Below, piece after piece: positions 1-9,771 of a DNA stretch of 64,000 bases; the first letter of the stretch is position 1; each line of letters opens with the position of its first letter. The DNA comes from Aureliella sp. (lineage in GTDB: Bacteria; Planctomycetota; Planctomycetia; Pirellulales; Pirellulaceae). The notes under the pieces are model-generated. The model ran no database searches, had not been told where the DNA came from, and saw nothing but the letters and a program-made list of their open reading frames with translations. The position numbers and the translations under genes are program-made. The stretch lies in contig OY829846.1 in the NCBI GenBank assembly GCA_963691875.1, forward strand, positions 3,520,001-3,584,000. Direction: 5' to 3'.

Positions 1-379
1 CTTCGCCGAAATCGTCGAAGCTCTTCTCTTCTAGAAACGCATCCATGCCATCTGCTCTCTGGTCCGAGATCCAAATTCAAGTCCGATTGAATTGGTTCAG
101 GTGAGTAGCCAACTTTGCCCTAAGGCAGACGGCGAGTCAGAATATGCCAGTCCCATTTCGTTCTCAAGCATTATTCGGTTGCGCGAATACACTTTCCATT
201 CGTGAAACTCTTCTGCCGGCCGCATAGGTCCATTATGGCCGCAGATGCGCACCAGACACAAGACGCTTGCCAGCCACCACAAACCCGACGATTCCAAAAA
301 CGCTGCGATCGGCGAGTCTCCCCAATCGCTTCCGACTCCTACTCGTGCTCGTCAACTGCTAACTGCCAATAGCCAAAAG

Positions 380-1573
380 CTACCCACTCCCCTTCTTCTT
401 TTTGCCAACAACACTAGCTCGCTGCAGAGCCAATTTTCCAAACTTCTCACGAACCGAATCCGCGGCTGCATCCAAACGCGATTGAGCCGCAGCCTGCCGC
501 TGTTGCTCGACAGAGTCATCGAACAAACCAAGTTGAACGGGTCGATTGGTTTGCAGATTGGAAACCCCCATCCCAATCAGACGCAAATTCAACTTTCGAG
601 TCTCGGGTAAACTACTCTCAAACAACTCACGCGCGACTTTCCAGAGCGAATTGGTTGCATTGCTAGCGACAGCTAAACTCTTTGCTCGAGTAACGGTATG
701 AAAATCGCTGTAACGGACTTTCAAATTCACTGTCTTACCAAGACGATCTGCTCGTCGAAGTCGGTAGCCAACCTGTTCTGTTAGCTCAAGTAAGCGGGCA
801 AGCAGTACTTCCGAGTCCTCAACATCGGCCGCGAATGTCGTCTCATGTGAGATCGACTTGGCTCGGCGCGCAGAGACCACCCGCCGCGAGTCCAGCCCTT
901 GTGAGAGTCGCCAGAAATGCTCACCCACGGGCCCGAACAAGTATTGTGCCTTCTTGTTGCCGAGCATGCGAAGCTGTCCGAAGGTTGTGATGCCGCGTGC
1001 TTCGAACTTGCGCTGCGTCACACGGCCAACGCCCCAGATTCGCGATATCTCAAGTGGGTCCAAAATCTCTTGTATCCGTTCTGGAGCAATGATCGTGAAA
1101 CCATCAGGCTTCTCCAGATCACTCGCCAACTTTGCCAGGAACTTGTTTGGAGCCACCCCGACCGAAGCAACCAACTGCAGTTCAGACAGAATCGCCGCTT
1201 TGATTCGTCGTCCTATCTCGACGGCGTCACCAAAGAGTTGTTGGGTGCCGTGAACGTCTAGAAAAGCCTCATCCAGTGAAAGTGGTTCGATCTCTGGCGT
1301 GTAGCGAGCAAAGATCGCGCGGATCTCGTGACTGATTTCAGCATAAAGCTGCATCCGTGGTCGGACGATCGTTGCTTGCGGACAGAGACGCGCTGCCTTA
1401 GAAGTCGGCATGGCGCTATGGACCCCGAACTTTCGCGCCGCATAGTTGGCAGCCGAAACCACTCCGCGACCACGTGGCGAGCCACCCACAATCAAGGGCT
1501 TACCACGCAGTACCGGATTCTCTCTTTCCTCCACCGAGGCGTAGAAGGCGTCCATGTCGACATGCAGAATCAT
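380..1573 (-). CDS. dinB: DNA polymerase IV (Y-family)
   Basis: N-terminal ILHVDMDAFYASVE, SAANYAARKFGVHSAM, SLDEAFLD and NKFLAKLASD motifs; C-terminal little-finger domain (SISHETTF...RLIGMGVS). Confidence 0.96.
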   Translation of the reverse strand: MILHVDMDAFYASVEERENPVLRGKPLIVGGSPRGRGVVSAANYAARKFGVHSAMPTSKAARLCPQATIVRPRMQLYAEISHEIRAIFARYTPEIEPLSLDEAFLDVHGTQQLFGDAVEIGRRIKAAILSELQLVASVGVAPNKFLAKLASDLEKPDGFTIIAPERIQEILDPLEISRIWGVGRVTQRKFEARGITTFGQLRMLGNKKAQYLFGPVGEHFWRLSQGLDSRRVVSARRAKSISHETTFAADVEDSEVLLARLLELTEQVGYRLRRADRLGKTVNLKVRYSDFHTVTRAKSLAVASNATNSLWKVARELFESSLPETRKLNLRLIGMGVSNLQTNRPVQLGLFDDSVEQQRQAAAQSRLDAAADSVREKFGKLALQRASVVGKKKKGSG

Positions 1574-1736
1574 GCCATCACTCTAACCATTCATCCGTCA
1601 TGGTCCAAATGCAATTCTAAGGAGAGAGGTATCAAGGTGTTAGCGGTAGGTTGCAGTGAGCGACTTTAACGCTAGCCGCCAGTTCTTCCGTGCGTACAAA
1701 CGCACCCATTTGGAATGGTAGCGGTGTACACTCTGT

Positions 1737-2426
1737 TTACTCGCGAAACTCCGGCGCATCGCGACGATCCTGCTGACTGCCCCCAGCTAACAGCTCGACA
1801 CATCGCGACCAGTTTTCCTGTGTCGTTCGTTTGGGACGAAGCTTACTTTCTGCGACTTGCGCGTCGCCCGTTTCCTGCGGGAACAAAAAGATGGCTCCGA
1901 GCAAGATTTCGGATTGAGGAATCCCGAGTTTTTCGAAAGTTGTGGCCTCGCGCAGGATGCCGCCGCTGGACCAGTAGTTCCGGATGCCGCGGATGGTGGC
2001 TGCGACAAGCAGATTCTGGATTGCGGAAGAAGCCGCCGCGATGTGCTCCATATTCCCTAAACTCGCGTCAAAGAGCTGACCAGCTGGCAGGGTTTCGCTC
2101 GAAGGATTTGGCAGCCATGTTGCAACCAGCAAACAATCCGCCGCCGCTAGCATCTTCGGGATCTTCCCCGCCTTCTCCGGATCCAGGGTCGGCCCCAGTT
2201 TCCGGCAAGTCTGCGGGCTCAGAATGTGAAATCGCCAAGGTTCAATGCCGGACAACACCCCTGATTCACGATGGTTTGGGTCGCAGGCGCGGTGAAAAGG
2301 TGCCATTCCGGCGACGGCCAGCAGTTCCTGCACAGTTTCACGCCACTTTTCAGGGCAATCCAGCTCTTTCTCCGCGAGGATTTTGACTGTTTTGCGTTCG
2401 CTTATTGCTTTGTCTACAGGGTTCAT
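1737..2426 (-). CDS. Nitroreductase family protein
   Basis: AISERKTVK, AGMAPFH, EPWRF, AAASSAIQNLLVAAT-GI-NYWSSG nitroreductase motifs. Start moved to ATG 2426 because the track's upstream TTG lies inside the putative operator. Confidence 0.85.
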   Translation of the reverse strand: MNPVDKAISERKTVKILAEKELDCPEKWRETVQELLAVAGMAPFHRACDPNHRESGVLSGIEPWRFHILSPQTCRKLGPTLDPEKAGKIPKMLAAADCLLVATWLPNPSSETLPAGQLFDASLGNMEHIAAASSAIQNLLVAATIRGIRNYWSSGGILREATTFEKLGIPQSEILLGAIFLFPQETGDAQVAESKLRPKRTTQENWSRCVELLAGGSQQDRRDAPEFRE

Positions 2427-2435
2427 TGCATTTCT

Positions 2436-2454
2436 ATTGAGATTGAGTTTCAAT
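2436..2454. promoter_or_regulatory. Putative Fur-like (iron) box
   Basis: 19-bp 9-1-9 imperfect palindrome ATTGAGATTGAGTTTCAAT between the divergent nitroreductase and hemP genes; a second AT-rich element TTATTATTCGCAATAA lies at about 2472-2487. Confidence 0.6.
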
Positions 2455-2569
2455 ATGAGCTTGAAAGAGCCTTATTATTCGCAATAAAGTCTGTCAAAAA
2501 TAGCCCTCATTTCTTCGTATCCGCTTCTGGCCTTCAGGCCCCAGGGGCTATTCCAACTGTCGCCCGATT

Positions 2570-2770
2570 ATGGCTACTCCAGAACCCACTTCATCCTCCG
2601 CCACCGAGAACGCAAGAGCTGCTACGCCCACTGGCGAACCTAGCGAGTTGCCTAAGATTATCAGGTTTGAGACCTTGGCTCGCTGCGGCGAAGAGATCTG
2701 GATCGAGAATGGCGGCCAAATCTATCGATTGCGGCGCACCAAGCAAGGCAAGTTGATTCTTACGAAGTAA
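2570..2770 (+). CDS. hemP: Hemin uptake protein HemP family
   Basis: 66 aa ending in EIWIENGGQIYRLRRTKQGKLILTK, the HemP signature (YxLRxTxxGKLILTK). Confidence 0.9.
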   Translation: MATPEPTSSSATENARAATPTGEPSELPKIIRFETLARCGEEIWIENGGQIYRLRRTKQGKLILTK

Positions 2771-2797
2771 GCCGACCCACTCCACGAGGAGTTTCCC

Positions 2798-3904
2798 ATG
2801 CGGCCTGTCTACCTGAATCAAGCTGGAACAAGCTGGCCGAAACCTGCCTGCGTTCAAGATGCCTGCCAACATGCGATGCATACTGATGTATCCGAATGGG
2901 CAGGTCAATTCGCGGCTCAGCATCAAAAGATTGCGAGCTATTTTGGCATCCATGATCCTCAATCCTTGCTGCTCACACCGGGATGCACCTCTGCACTCAA
3001 TGTTGCCGTAGAAGATCACGATTGGCAAACAGGAGATGCTGTTTGCTTCAGTTCGTATGAGCACCATGCCCTTCACCGACCGCTTTTGAAGCTGGCGCAA
3101 CGCGATGTCGACTTGCATGTCATCCCACCGTCAGAAGATTCTGCCTTCTCTCTCCACAGGTTGGAGGAGATCTTGTGCTCGAGGGAAGTCAAGCTTGTTG
3201 CAGTCACGGCAGCTAGCAATGTGACGGGAGAGCTACTGCCCATTCAAGAGATCACTACCCTGGCTCATCGTCATGGAGCAAACATCTTGATCGATGGTGC
3301 TCAACTAGTCGGCTGGTTCGACCTCAACTTGCCCGACTCGGCATTCGATTTATTTGCCTTCGGTGGACATAAAGGATTACTGGCACCTTGGGGCATTGGC
3401 GGCCTCTACATGCGTCCTGGGCTTGAGATGAGCGCAGCCCAAGCGACTTGCAGCATGGACTCCGAAACAAAAGAATGCTCTGGACAGCCAAGCTATTGCG
3501 ATGTTGGTAGCGTTGACCGAATCGCCCTAGCGGGACTTGCAAGTTCAAGCAATTGGATTCGTCAACAGGACGAGTCCAGCATACTCGCACGCTGTCGTGA
3601 CTTCATTGCCGAGATGCAATCGGTGCTAAGAGCAAACCCTAAGGTATCGGTCCTTGGCAATCTCGACGTCGAGCAAAGATTGCCGACGATTGCCTTTCAG
3701 CATCGTGGGCTATCAAACGAACGGATCGCAGAACGCCTATTTGCAAACGGAATCACAACTACGACCGGATTACAGTGTGCTCCGATGGCGCATGAAATGC
3801 TCGGTACCGCACCTGAAGGTGTTACCCGATTGAGCGTCGGTGCCATGAACACACAGGATGAAATCGACCTAGCCTGTGAAGCCTTGCGAAAAATCGAACG
3901 CTAG
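2798..3904 (+). CDS. Class V PLP aminotransferase / cysteine desulfurase family
   Basis: YLNQAGTSWPKP, EHHAL, ASNVTG, IDGAQ, GGHKGL (PLP lysine), GLQCAP (catalytic Cys), RLSVG; GAGGAG RBS. Confidence 0.88.
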   Translation: MRPVYLNQAGTSWPKPACVQDACQHAMHTDVSEWAGQFAAQHQKIASYFGIHDPQSLLLTPGCTSALNVAVEDHDWQTGDAVCFSSYEHHALHRPLLKLAQRDVDLHVIPPSEDSAFSLHRLEEILCSREVKLVAVTAASNVTGELLPIQEITTLAHRHGANILIDGAQLVGWFDLNLPDSAFDLFAFGGHKGLLAPWGIGGLYMRPGLEMSAAQATCSMDSETKECSGQPSYCDVGSVDRIALAGLASSSNWIRQQDESSILARCRDFIAEMQSVLRANPKVSVLGNLDVEQRLPTIAFQHRGLSNERIAERLFANGITTTTGLQCAPMAHEMLGTAPEGVTRLSVGAMNTQDEIDLACEALRKIER

Positions 3905-3993
3905 GGCTTTGGGTCGGAAGTTCCTCTTTCCTGGCTTATGCTTCGGGTTGTGATTGGCCACGAACTTACTGACTTAGGACATGAGGTGCCAGC

Positions 3994-5586
3994 CTAGAAA
4001 CGTCGGCGAAGGACGACGAGGCTTCGGTCCGAGTCGAGAGGCTGTTTGTCGACTCCGCTCATCGGCAGCAATCGAGCAATATGATCAGCGATCTCTTCGA
4101 CAGACTCTTCTTGCATCTCAGTGACAACTTCCAACAAGCCATCTTGAGAGAATCCGCCTCGCTCAAGCCCGCCGAGCACATCCGCAGAAGCGAGAATCAG
4201 CAATTCCCCGCCCTCCAGATTCACATGTTCATTATAGAAACGTGTATCGGGTTGTTCGGCAATCGGAGTTGGCGTCCCATTGAGCCTTCGCACGCCATGT
4301 GCGGTCAGAATGAATGCTTGGGTATCGCCAGTCAAGGCAATTTCTGCGGCGCCAGATTCAGGATGGATCTGAACGTAGCAAAGAGAACTGCGCCAATCGC
4401 CATCTTCAACATCCCACAAAATGTCGTTTGCCTTGCGGAGAACCTGAGAAGGTTTATGCCGGGCGTTCCAGCAGGTTTCAACAACGGTTTGAACGCTAGT
4501 CGCAATCAACGATCCACTTGGACCATGCGATACGGCTGCTCCCAAAGCGACGCAGATTTCTTGATTCTTGTTGACAGTCCATGTGTGGAAATTTCCGCCA
4601 AGTGCTTGACCTTGGAAGGTCCAGCCGCTGATTTCGTAGTCATGGTGCAGTGGCTGACGACTTGGCAGACGCGAGGACTGTACCATGCTCGCTTCTTCAA
4701 TCTGGCGGCGGGTAGCACGCGTTCGCAAGACTTCATCCGCCAAAACACTGCGTTCAATATCGACCAGGATCTTGTCCGAAGCAGCGCGAGCGACTTCGAT
4801 ATCGCTGGAGGTAAAGTCGCGGATATGATCGCTCCACAACCAAATTGTCCCTTGCGGCATCGTTGGTGAGCCAATGGGCAGGCAGAGAGCAGCAGCGAAA
4901 TCCTGAGGGCAATTCCACTCAGGAGCAAGCTTGGTATTTTCGACCAAGACGGCGTTACCCATCAAGGCTTCGAGGTCCGCTAAGGCGCCACGCAGCTGAC
5001 GAGGCGGTTGCGTCAAAGCGTCACTGGAAAGACCGATGGCGGCTCGCATCTTCAATTCGCTGGTCGTGTCGTCGAGTAAGTAAATCGCAGCCGCATCGCT
5101 GACCGTTTGCTCACAGGCTCGCTGAAGCGACTCTTTCAGCCGCTCTGCCAAGAGCTCCGCTTCCTCCGGGCGGATACTCACGCCCAGCGAGGTGGCAAGT
5201 TGCGCCTCCTGCAGCTCAATGGTTGTCTCTGCTTCCTTGAGCTTCTGAATCAGTGCATCGACCTGCTCCAGCAGAGCCCAAGCCTCTGTTTCGCTTGTGA
5301 TGTGCCCAGTTTTTCCGGCTCCGATACCTGCATCGAGCAGCCCATCAATCGGATCGCTGCAGACTAGCTCGACCCGAGTTCGCAGTGGAAGCACGACCCC
5401 CTCCGCAGCAAGCTCGCGCTGATGTGGTGTGCCTTGAATTGGGCGTGGAACCCAACCGGTTGCATCTGCAAATACAGACACCAAGTCTTGAATATCTAGC
5501 TTCCCCATGGAGGCTAGCTCTTCAGCAAGGCGTGCGGTGGAATCTTCGGTATGCAACTTGAGATGAGAGGAGCTCTTCCTAGGCAC
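3994..5586 (-). CDS. GAF + SpoIIE (PP2C-like) domain protein, probably catalytically degenerate
   Basis: GAF-like segment (AAAIYLLDDTTSELKMRA...CLPIG...GTIWLW) followed by a SpoIIE-like region (VQSSRLP...GGNFHTW...LGAAVSHG...NDILW...LILASADV...DRSLVVL). Confidence 0.75.
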   Translation of the reverse strand: MPRKSSSHLKLHTEDSTARLAEELASMGKLDIQDLVSVFADATGWVPRPIQGTPHQRELAAEGVVLPLRTRVELVCSDPIDGLLDAGIGAGKTGHITSETEAWALLEQVDALIQKLKEAETTIELQEAQLATSLGVSIRPEEAELLAERLKESLQRACEQTVSDAAAIYLLDDTTSELKMRAAIGLSSDALTQPPRQLRGALADLEALMGNAVLVENTKLAPEWNCPQDFAAALCLPIGSPTMPQGTIWLWSDHIRDFTSSDIEVARAASDKILVDIERSVLADEVLRTRATRRQIEEASMVQSSRLPSRQPLHHDYEISGWTFQGQALGGNFHTWTVNKNQEICVALGAAVSHGPSGSLIATSVQTVVETCWNARHKPSQVLRKANDILWDVEDGDWRSSLCYVQIHPESGAAEIALTGDTQAFILTAHGVRRLNGTPTPIAEQPDTRFYNEHVNLEGGELLILASADVLGGLERGGFSQDGLLEVVTEMQEESVEEIADHIARLLPMSGVDKQPLDSDRSLVVLRRRF

Positions 5587-6127
5587 GGTGTTTCCTTCAG
5601 CGGAGTGGATTGGGTTTCTGATCCTTCGGCCGTCGAGGATTCGACGCGCCAGTGAACCAAATCAACCTATGCCAACATCCATGCCGAGCACTGGTTCTAA
5701 TTGCAACACTGCTAGAACCCGACTAATCGGTAACAAAGTCGACCCGGTGGCAAGTCCTCAGCTACCAGTGCCCGAGAAGATGCGGGGCTTTCAACCTAGC
5801 AAGTGCTACAAGAGGAGTTCATCGAACCTAGGCGCCACGAGAGAAGAGGAAACAGTTACCGGCGATACGAGTTTCTTCACGCAGGCTCCACCCAATCCGA
5901 CTTATCGTTACGAACCGCAGCAACGCGAGGGGAGCAACGCTTTGAAAGCAAGCCCTGAATGGAGTCGCGGCTCGCAGCCTTATAAAAATTCAGGCGAGAA
6001 TTGTCGCCACAGAGCGAAAAGTCTTTTGTTTCTTCTGGGCCCTGGCTCGCTGGTAGGAATTCCCGAAAATAGGTGCGATTGCCCCCCTAAACATCGCCTC
6101 CGCTGCTGCCTGCTAGTAGTGGCTTGT

Positions 6128-7285
6128 CTAGAGTCGTTGCACGAGCTGGCCGCTCACACGGCGAACCAACCGTCGCATCTCTAGAACGCTGATGGTGCTG
6201 AGCACGCGTGCCACTGGTAACTGGCTAGTGATGACCACATTGTTCAAATCCGTCGGTTCCGTACCAATGGCTTGAAGCACTTGTGTTTCCTGTTCGTTCA
6301 ACTGCAATTCAGCCGGGTTACGAATCGTTTTCTCTTCAGAGATTTCGACACCTTCAACCAGTGGCCCTAGCGCTTCGATCACGTCATGCGGGTCTTGCAC
6401 GAGCGTGGCGCCATCTCGAATGATTTGGTGGCAACCTTGCGAATTGGGGGCAGTCACCATTCCTGGCAGCGCAAAAACATCTCGTCCTTGCTCGCCTGCA
6501 AGTCGAGCCGAAATGAGCGCGCCACTTCGCTGAGCCGCTTCGATAACAATCGTCCCGAGTGAGATCCCGGTCACGATACGATTACGTTGTGGAAACATGC
6601 CCCTCTTGGGCTTCGTGCCGGGCGGCATCTCGCTAATCAGCGCACCGGAGCTGGCAATTTGCTCTCCGAGTTCGGCGTTTTGCGACGGATAGACTTCCTG
6701 AACACCGTTGGCTAAAACAGCGATGGTCCGCCCGCCCGCCTCAAGTGCTCCTCGGTGCGCAGACGTGTCAATTCCTCGCGCGAGCCCACTCACCACTGTC
6801 AGTCCAGCTCGAGCAAGCTGCCGAGCGAATCGCTCGGCCTGACTGCGTCCGTACTGCGTTGCTCCACGAGTACCGACAATCGCCACGCTCAGATTGTCGG
6901 TCTTAAACAGCTCTCCACGAAGGAACAAGACACTTGGTGTTCCATCTATTTCGTGCAGCAGCCTTGGAAAACTGGGCTCGTCAGGAAACAAGATTCGGAC
7001 GTCCGATTCTCGGCAGCTTTCTACGATTTCCAAAGCCCGCTCTCGAAACTCGGCAGATCTCAATCGCCGCGATAGTGAAATGCCTACTCCAGGCACTTCC
7101 ATCAGATCCGTTGGACTAGCAGAAAGAACGGTCGCAGCATTTCCAAAGTGCTCAAGCAGCATGTCCAGTATCTGTGGACCAACGCCAGTGGTATGAACCA
7201 GCTGCAGATAGTCGAGCTGTTCCTGCGAGAACCGCTGGGGCTCAGGCAGCAATGCGTGTAGCTCTGGATCACTGCCGTTGGTCAC
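6128..7285 (-). CDS. dprA: DNA-processing protein DprA
   Basis: VAIVGTR, VVSGLARGIDTSAH, FPQRNRIVTG and IEAAQRSGALISA motifs plus a C-terminal winged helix. Confidence 0.96.
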   Translation of the reverse strand: MTNGSDPELHALLPEPQRFSQEQLDYLQLVHTTGVGPQILDMLLEHFGNAATVLSASPTDLMEVPGVGISLSRRLRSAEFRERALEIVESCRESDVRILFPDEPSFPRLLHEIDGTPSVLFLRGELFKTDNLSVAIVGTRGATQYGRSQAERFARQLARAGLTVVSGLARGIDTSAHRGALEAGGRTIAVLANGVQEVYPSQNAELGEQIASSGALISEMPPGTKPKRGMFPQRNRIVTGISLGTIVIEAAQRSGALISARLAGEQGRDVFALPGMVTAPNSQGCHQIIRDGATLVQDPHDVIEALGPLVEGVEISEEKTIRNPAELQLNEQETQVLQAIGTEPTDLNNVVITSQLPVARVLSTISVLEMRRLVRRVSGQLVQRL

Positions 7286-7303
7286 TTCTACCCCCTACGG
7301 TTT

Positions 7304-8611
7304 CTAAGTTGAAGTGCCTCCAATGCACACTAGGTATTCCTGCCGGCTTCCACCTTTCCCCTCCGCGACTCGCAACAATAGCTTGTCACCGGAAACAGCT
7401 GGGCTTGCAAACGCCTCAGAGCCCAAACGATTCCGAGATTCCAAGTTGAATCGATCGGGGCTTGGCTTGAACACATACATCGTACCTGATTCGTTCGCCC
7501 AGTAGACATACCCACCGGCGTAAATCGGAGAAGCACTAACGCGACCGCCAAGACGCTCACGCCACATTTCCTGTCCGTCGTTACATCTCCAACAGTAAAG
7601 CACTCCTTGGTCTGTGAAGCCGTACAGATAGCCATCGACAACGATCATGGATTGCTCGTAGCACTTTTGCTTGTTCTTCCAGGCTATCTTTCCACTGCCG
7701 TCTGCAACAACTGCAATCGTCTCACGATCGGGATAGCCACCGCTGGCAAATACTAAATCGCCATCCCAGACTGCCGTACCGCATGTTGCAGCGGTGGTTC
7801 CGGCAACCGCCCAAAGTTGTCGACCGCTAGCTGGGTCGTAAGCAACAACTTGGCCCGAGCCGGACAGAAAGAGCTGATCGCGACCAGCGACTTTTCCAAC
7901 AACCGGTGAAGAGAAAGTGATGTTTTCCTTGCGGTCAGCACGCCAAACTTCAACACCTGTTTTCCGATCAAAGGCCGCTATGGAACTGTCCTCTCCGTCG
8001 TACTCAGCGGAGACGATCACCAGGTTCCTGTAAATGAGCGGCGAGGGAGCGTAACCGTAGCGGTAGCGACGTGGATTAAACTTACTCGCCCGCTTCTGCC
8101 ACAACAACTGCCCATCAAGCTTCAAAGCGGAGAGCTCGATGATGCCATGATGAAAAAGCGTAGTGAACAGCCGCTTGCCATCAGATGCAATGGTTGCGCT
8201 GGCTTCTGTATTGTTGCGATGATTTTGTTCGGGAAATCCGCCGCGGGCGATCTCCCGCTTCCACAACTGTTTTCCCGTTGCTAGATCATAGGCAATTGCG
8301 TATTGCACTTGCTCGCCTTCGTCTGCGCTGGTCAGGAAGATCTTTCCTCCGACGAGAACCGGACTGCTGTGCCCACGTCCGGGTACAGGAGATTTCCAAA
8401 GAACGTTTTCTGAATTGCCAAACTTGATGGGGAGCTTCTGGTCGGATGCATGACCATTGCGTTCCGGTCCACGCCACCATGGCCAATCCTGCGACGACAG
8501 CTCTACGTCTGCCGAAACGCTTGTCTCCTGAGCATGGCTGAAGAGTACTCCGCCTAGATCCAGCAGAAAAACGAGAATCAGGGAAAGAAGGAGCTGGGAG
8601 CGAAAGTACAT
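7304..8611 (-). CDS. Exported PQQ-like (BamB-like) beta-propeller protein
   Basis: Signal peptide; WPWWRGPERNG, VPGRGHSSP, repeated A-D-xx-G-xx-W blades, ASP motifs typical of planctomycete PQQ-binding-like propellers. Confidence 0.85.
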   Translation of the reverse strand: MYFRSQLLLSLILVFLLDLGGVLFSHAQETSVSADVELSSQDWPWWRGPERNGHASDQKLPIKFGNSENVLWKSPVPGRGHSSPVLVGGKIFLTSADEGEQVQYAIAYDLATGKQLWKREIARGGFPEQNHRNNTEASATIASDGKRLFTTLFHHGIIELSALKLDGQLLWQKRASKFNPRRYRYGYAPSPLIYRNLVIVSAEYDGEDSSIAAFDRKTGVEVWRADRKENITFSSPVVGKVAGRDQLFLSGSGQVVAYDPASGRQLWAVAGTTAATCGTAVWDGDLVFASGGYPDRETIAVVADGSGKIAWKNKQKCYEQSMIVVDGYLYGFTDQGVLYCWRCNDGQEMWRERLGGRVSASPIYAGGYVYWANESGTMYVFKPSPDRFNLESRNRLGSEAFASPAVSGDKLLLRVAEGKGGSRQEYLVCIGGTST

Positions 8612-8713
8612 TTCGTTTTCCGATCAAGTAAATCCGATTGCGCCGATCCTTTAAGCAAGGCGCCGAACCATATGCTCACATGATAACAAGTAACGCGAGT
8701 TTGCTTTGACACG

Positions 8714-8747
8714 AAAAAACCCCAAGTCACTCACAGCAACTTGGGGT
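8714..8747 (-). terminator. Rho-independent terminator of the 10383-8797 operon
   Basis: Hairpin ACCCCAAGT...ACTTGGGGT followed on the minus strand by a T tract (A6 on the plus strand). Confidence 0.75.
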
Positions 8748-8796
8748 CGTGTTCGTTCTATCCGATCCGTTAGGATCCGCTTTTACATGCCTAACT

Positions 8797-8922
8797 TTAG
8801 GCTGCTTCTTTCACCCATGCGAGGTACATCATAATGCAAGCGACCAGCATCAATAGCGTGGAACCGATCAGCATTACGGTGTAAACGTTCAGAGCCTGCT
8901 TGGGTTGATTTCCGTTGCTCAT
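8797..8922 (-). CDS. Small single-pass membrane protein (41 aa), absent from the ORF track
   Basis: Read manually: MSNGNQPKQALNVYTVMLIGSTLLMLVACIMMYLAWVKEAA*. It starts 12 nt after the upstream gene, lies before the terminator and has one clean TM helix. Confidence 0.7.
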   Translation of the reverse strand: MSNGNQPKQALNVYTVMLIGSTLLMLVACIMMYLAWVKEAA

Positions 8923-8934
8923 TTTGTAGTTCAC

Positions 8935-9771
8935 TTATCTTTTGCGAGTAATACTGATTTCAAGTTGCGTGTCGACTCGATCACCACTTCGGATGTAACC
9001 ACGCTGGTAAGACTCCAGAATTCGAGCGACAGCCTTGTCATTACGCACAGTCGCAATCTGCAAGCGACCCAGGTAGTTGCTATTCCGACTGACTTCGAGG
9101 GTGTCTCCAATGGCAAGCCCATCGTCACGGCCCAAGTTGACTTCGACGTTTGTCCCGTCAACGGCAACGACTAAGCCATTGGTAGCTGGTGGACTAAGTA
9201 CTGTATCTGGGTCGATGCCGAGAGAATCAATCAATGATTTCGATTTGGTGTTCTCATCTGCAAGCAGATTAGCTTTGACATTCAACTCACTGTACCGGCC
9301 TTCGAGACGACCGAGGCTGTCTGTGGCGGCAACCAATCGCCCGAAGAGTTGATCACGATCGGCACGAGCGGCGAGTAGGTCTGCTCGCAAAGCCTTGTTC
9401 TCGTCATCGCGAGCCTTCAATTCGATCGCATTGGCTTTGTTTGTTTCCGTAGCAGCGGTGAGAGCAGACGAAAGATTGAGTGCTTCACGATTACTCTTGT
9501 CGCGCTGTGATTTCATCTCGCGATTGGCCGCTTCCAGTGTTCCCAAAGTAGCGACACGAGCAGCTCGTTCGATCGCCAGCTTGTTTTGCAGACTTTGAAT
9601 TTGGACCTGTGCCTGATTCAAGTCGCTTTCAGCCTTTTTCTGTGCAGCAGTCGCAGTGTCTGCCTTGTCCTTGTTCTTAATGTGTTCATTATTCACCGCA
9701 ACTGCGAGCAAGAAAAAGATCAGGCTCAATGCCAAAATCAATGCGGTAAAGACTTTGCCAAGTAAGTTCAT
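8935..9771 (-). CDS. Membrane-anchored coiled-coil protein with FlgT-C-like C-terminal beta domain
   Basis: N-terminal TM (MNLLGKVFTALILALSLIFF), long heptad region, C-terminal GLVVAVDGTNVEVNLGRDDGLAIGDTLEV...GRLQI...AVARI; AAGGA RBS. Confidence 0.75.
   Translation of the reverse strand: MNLLGKVFTALILALSLIFFLLAVAVNNEHIKNKDKADTATAAQKKAESDLNQAQVQIQSLQNKLAIERAARVATLGTLEAANREMKSQRDKSNREALNLSSALTAATETNKANAIELKARDDENKALRADLLAARADRDQLFGRLVAATDSLGRLEGRYSELNVKANLLADENTKSKSLIDSLGIDPDTVLSPPATNGLVVAVDGTNVEVNLGRDDGLAIGDTLEVSRNSNYLGRLQIATVRNDKAVARILESYQRGYIRSGDRVDTQLEISITRKR

Noticed and set aside
1..46. 5' end of a minus-strand gene (MDAFLEEKSFDDFGE...)
   Set aside because: Only 15 codons are visible; too short to support.
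5588..6184. 198-aa plus-strand ORF
   Set aside because: No RBS, motif or protein-like composition; occupies the regulatory region between dprA and the SpoIIE-like gene.
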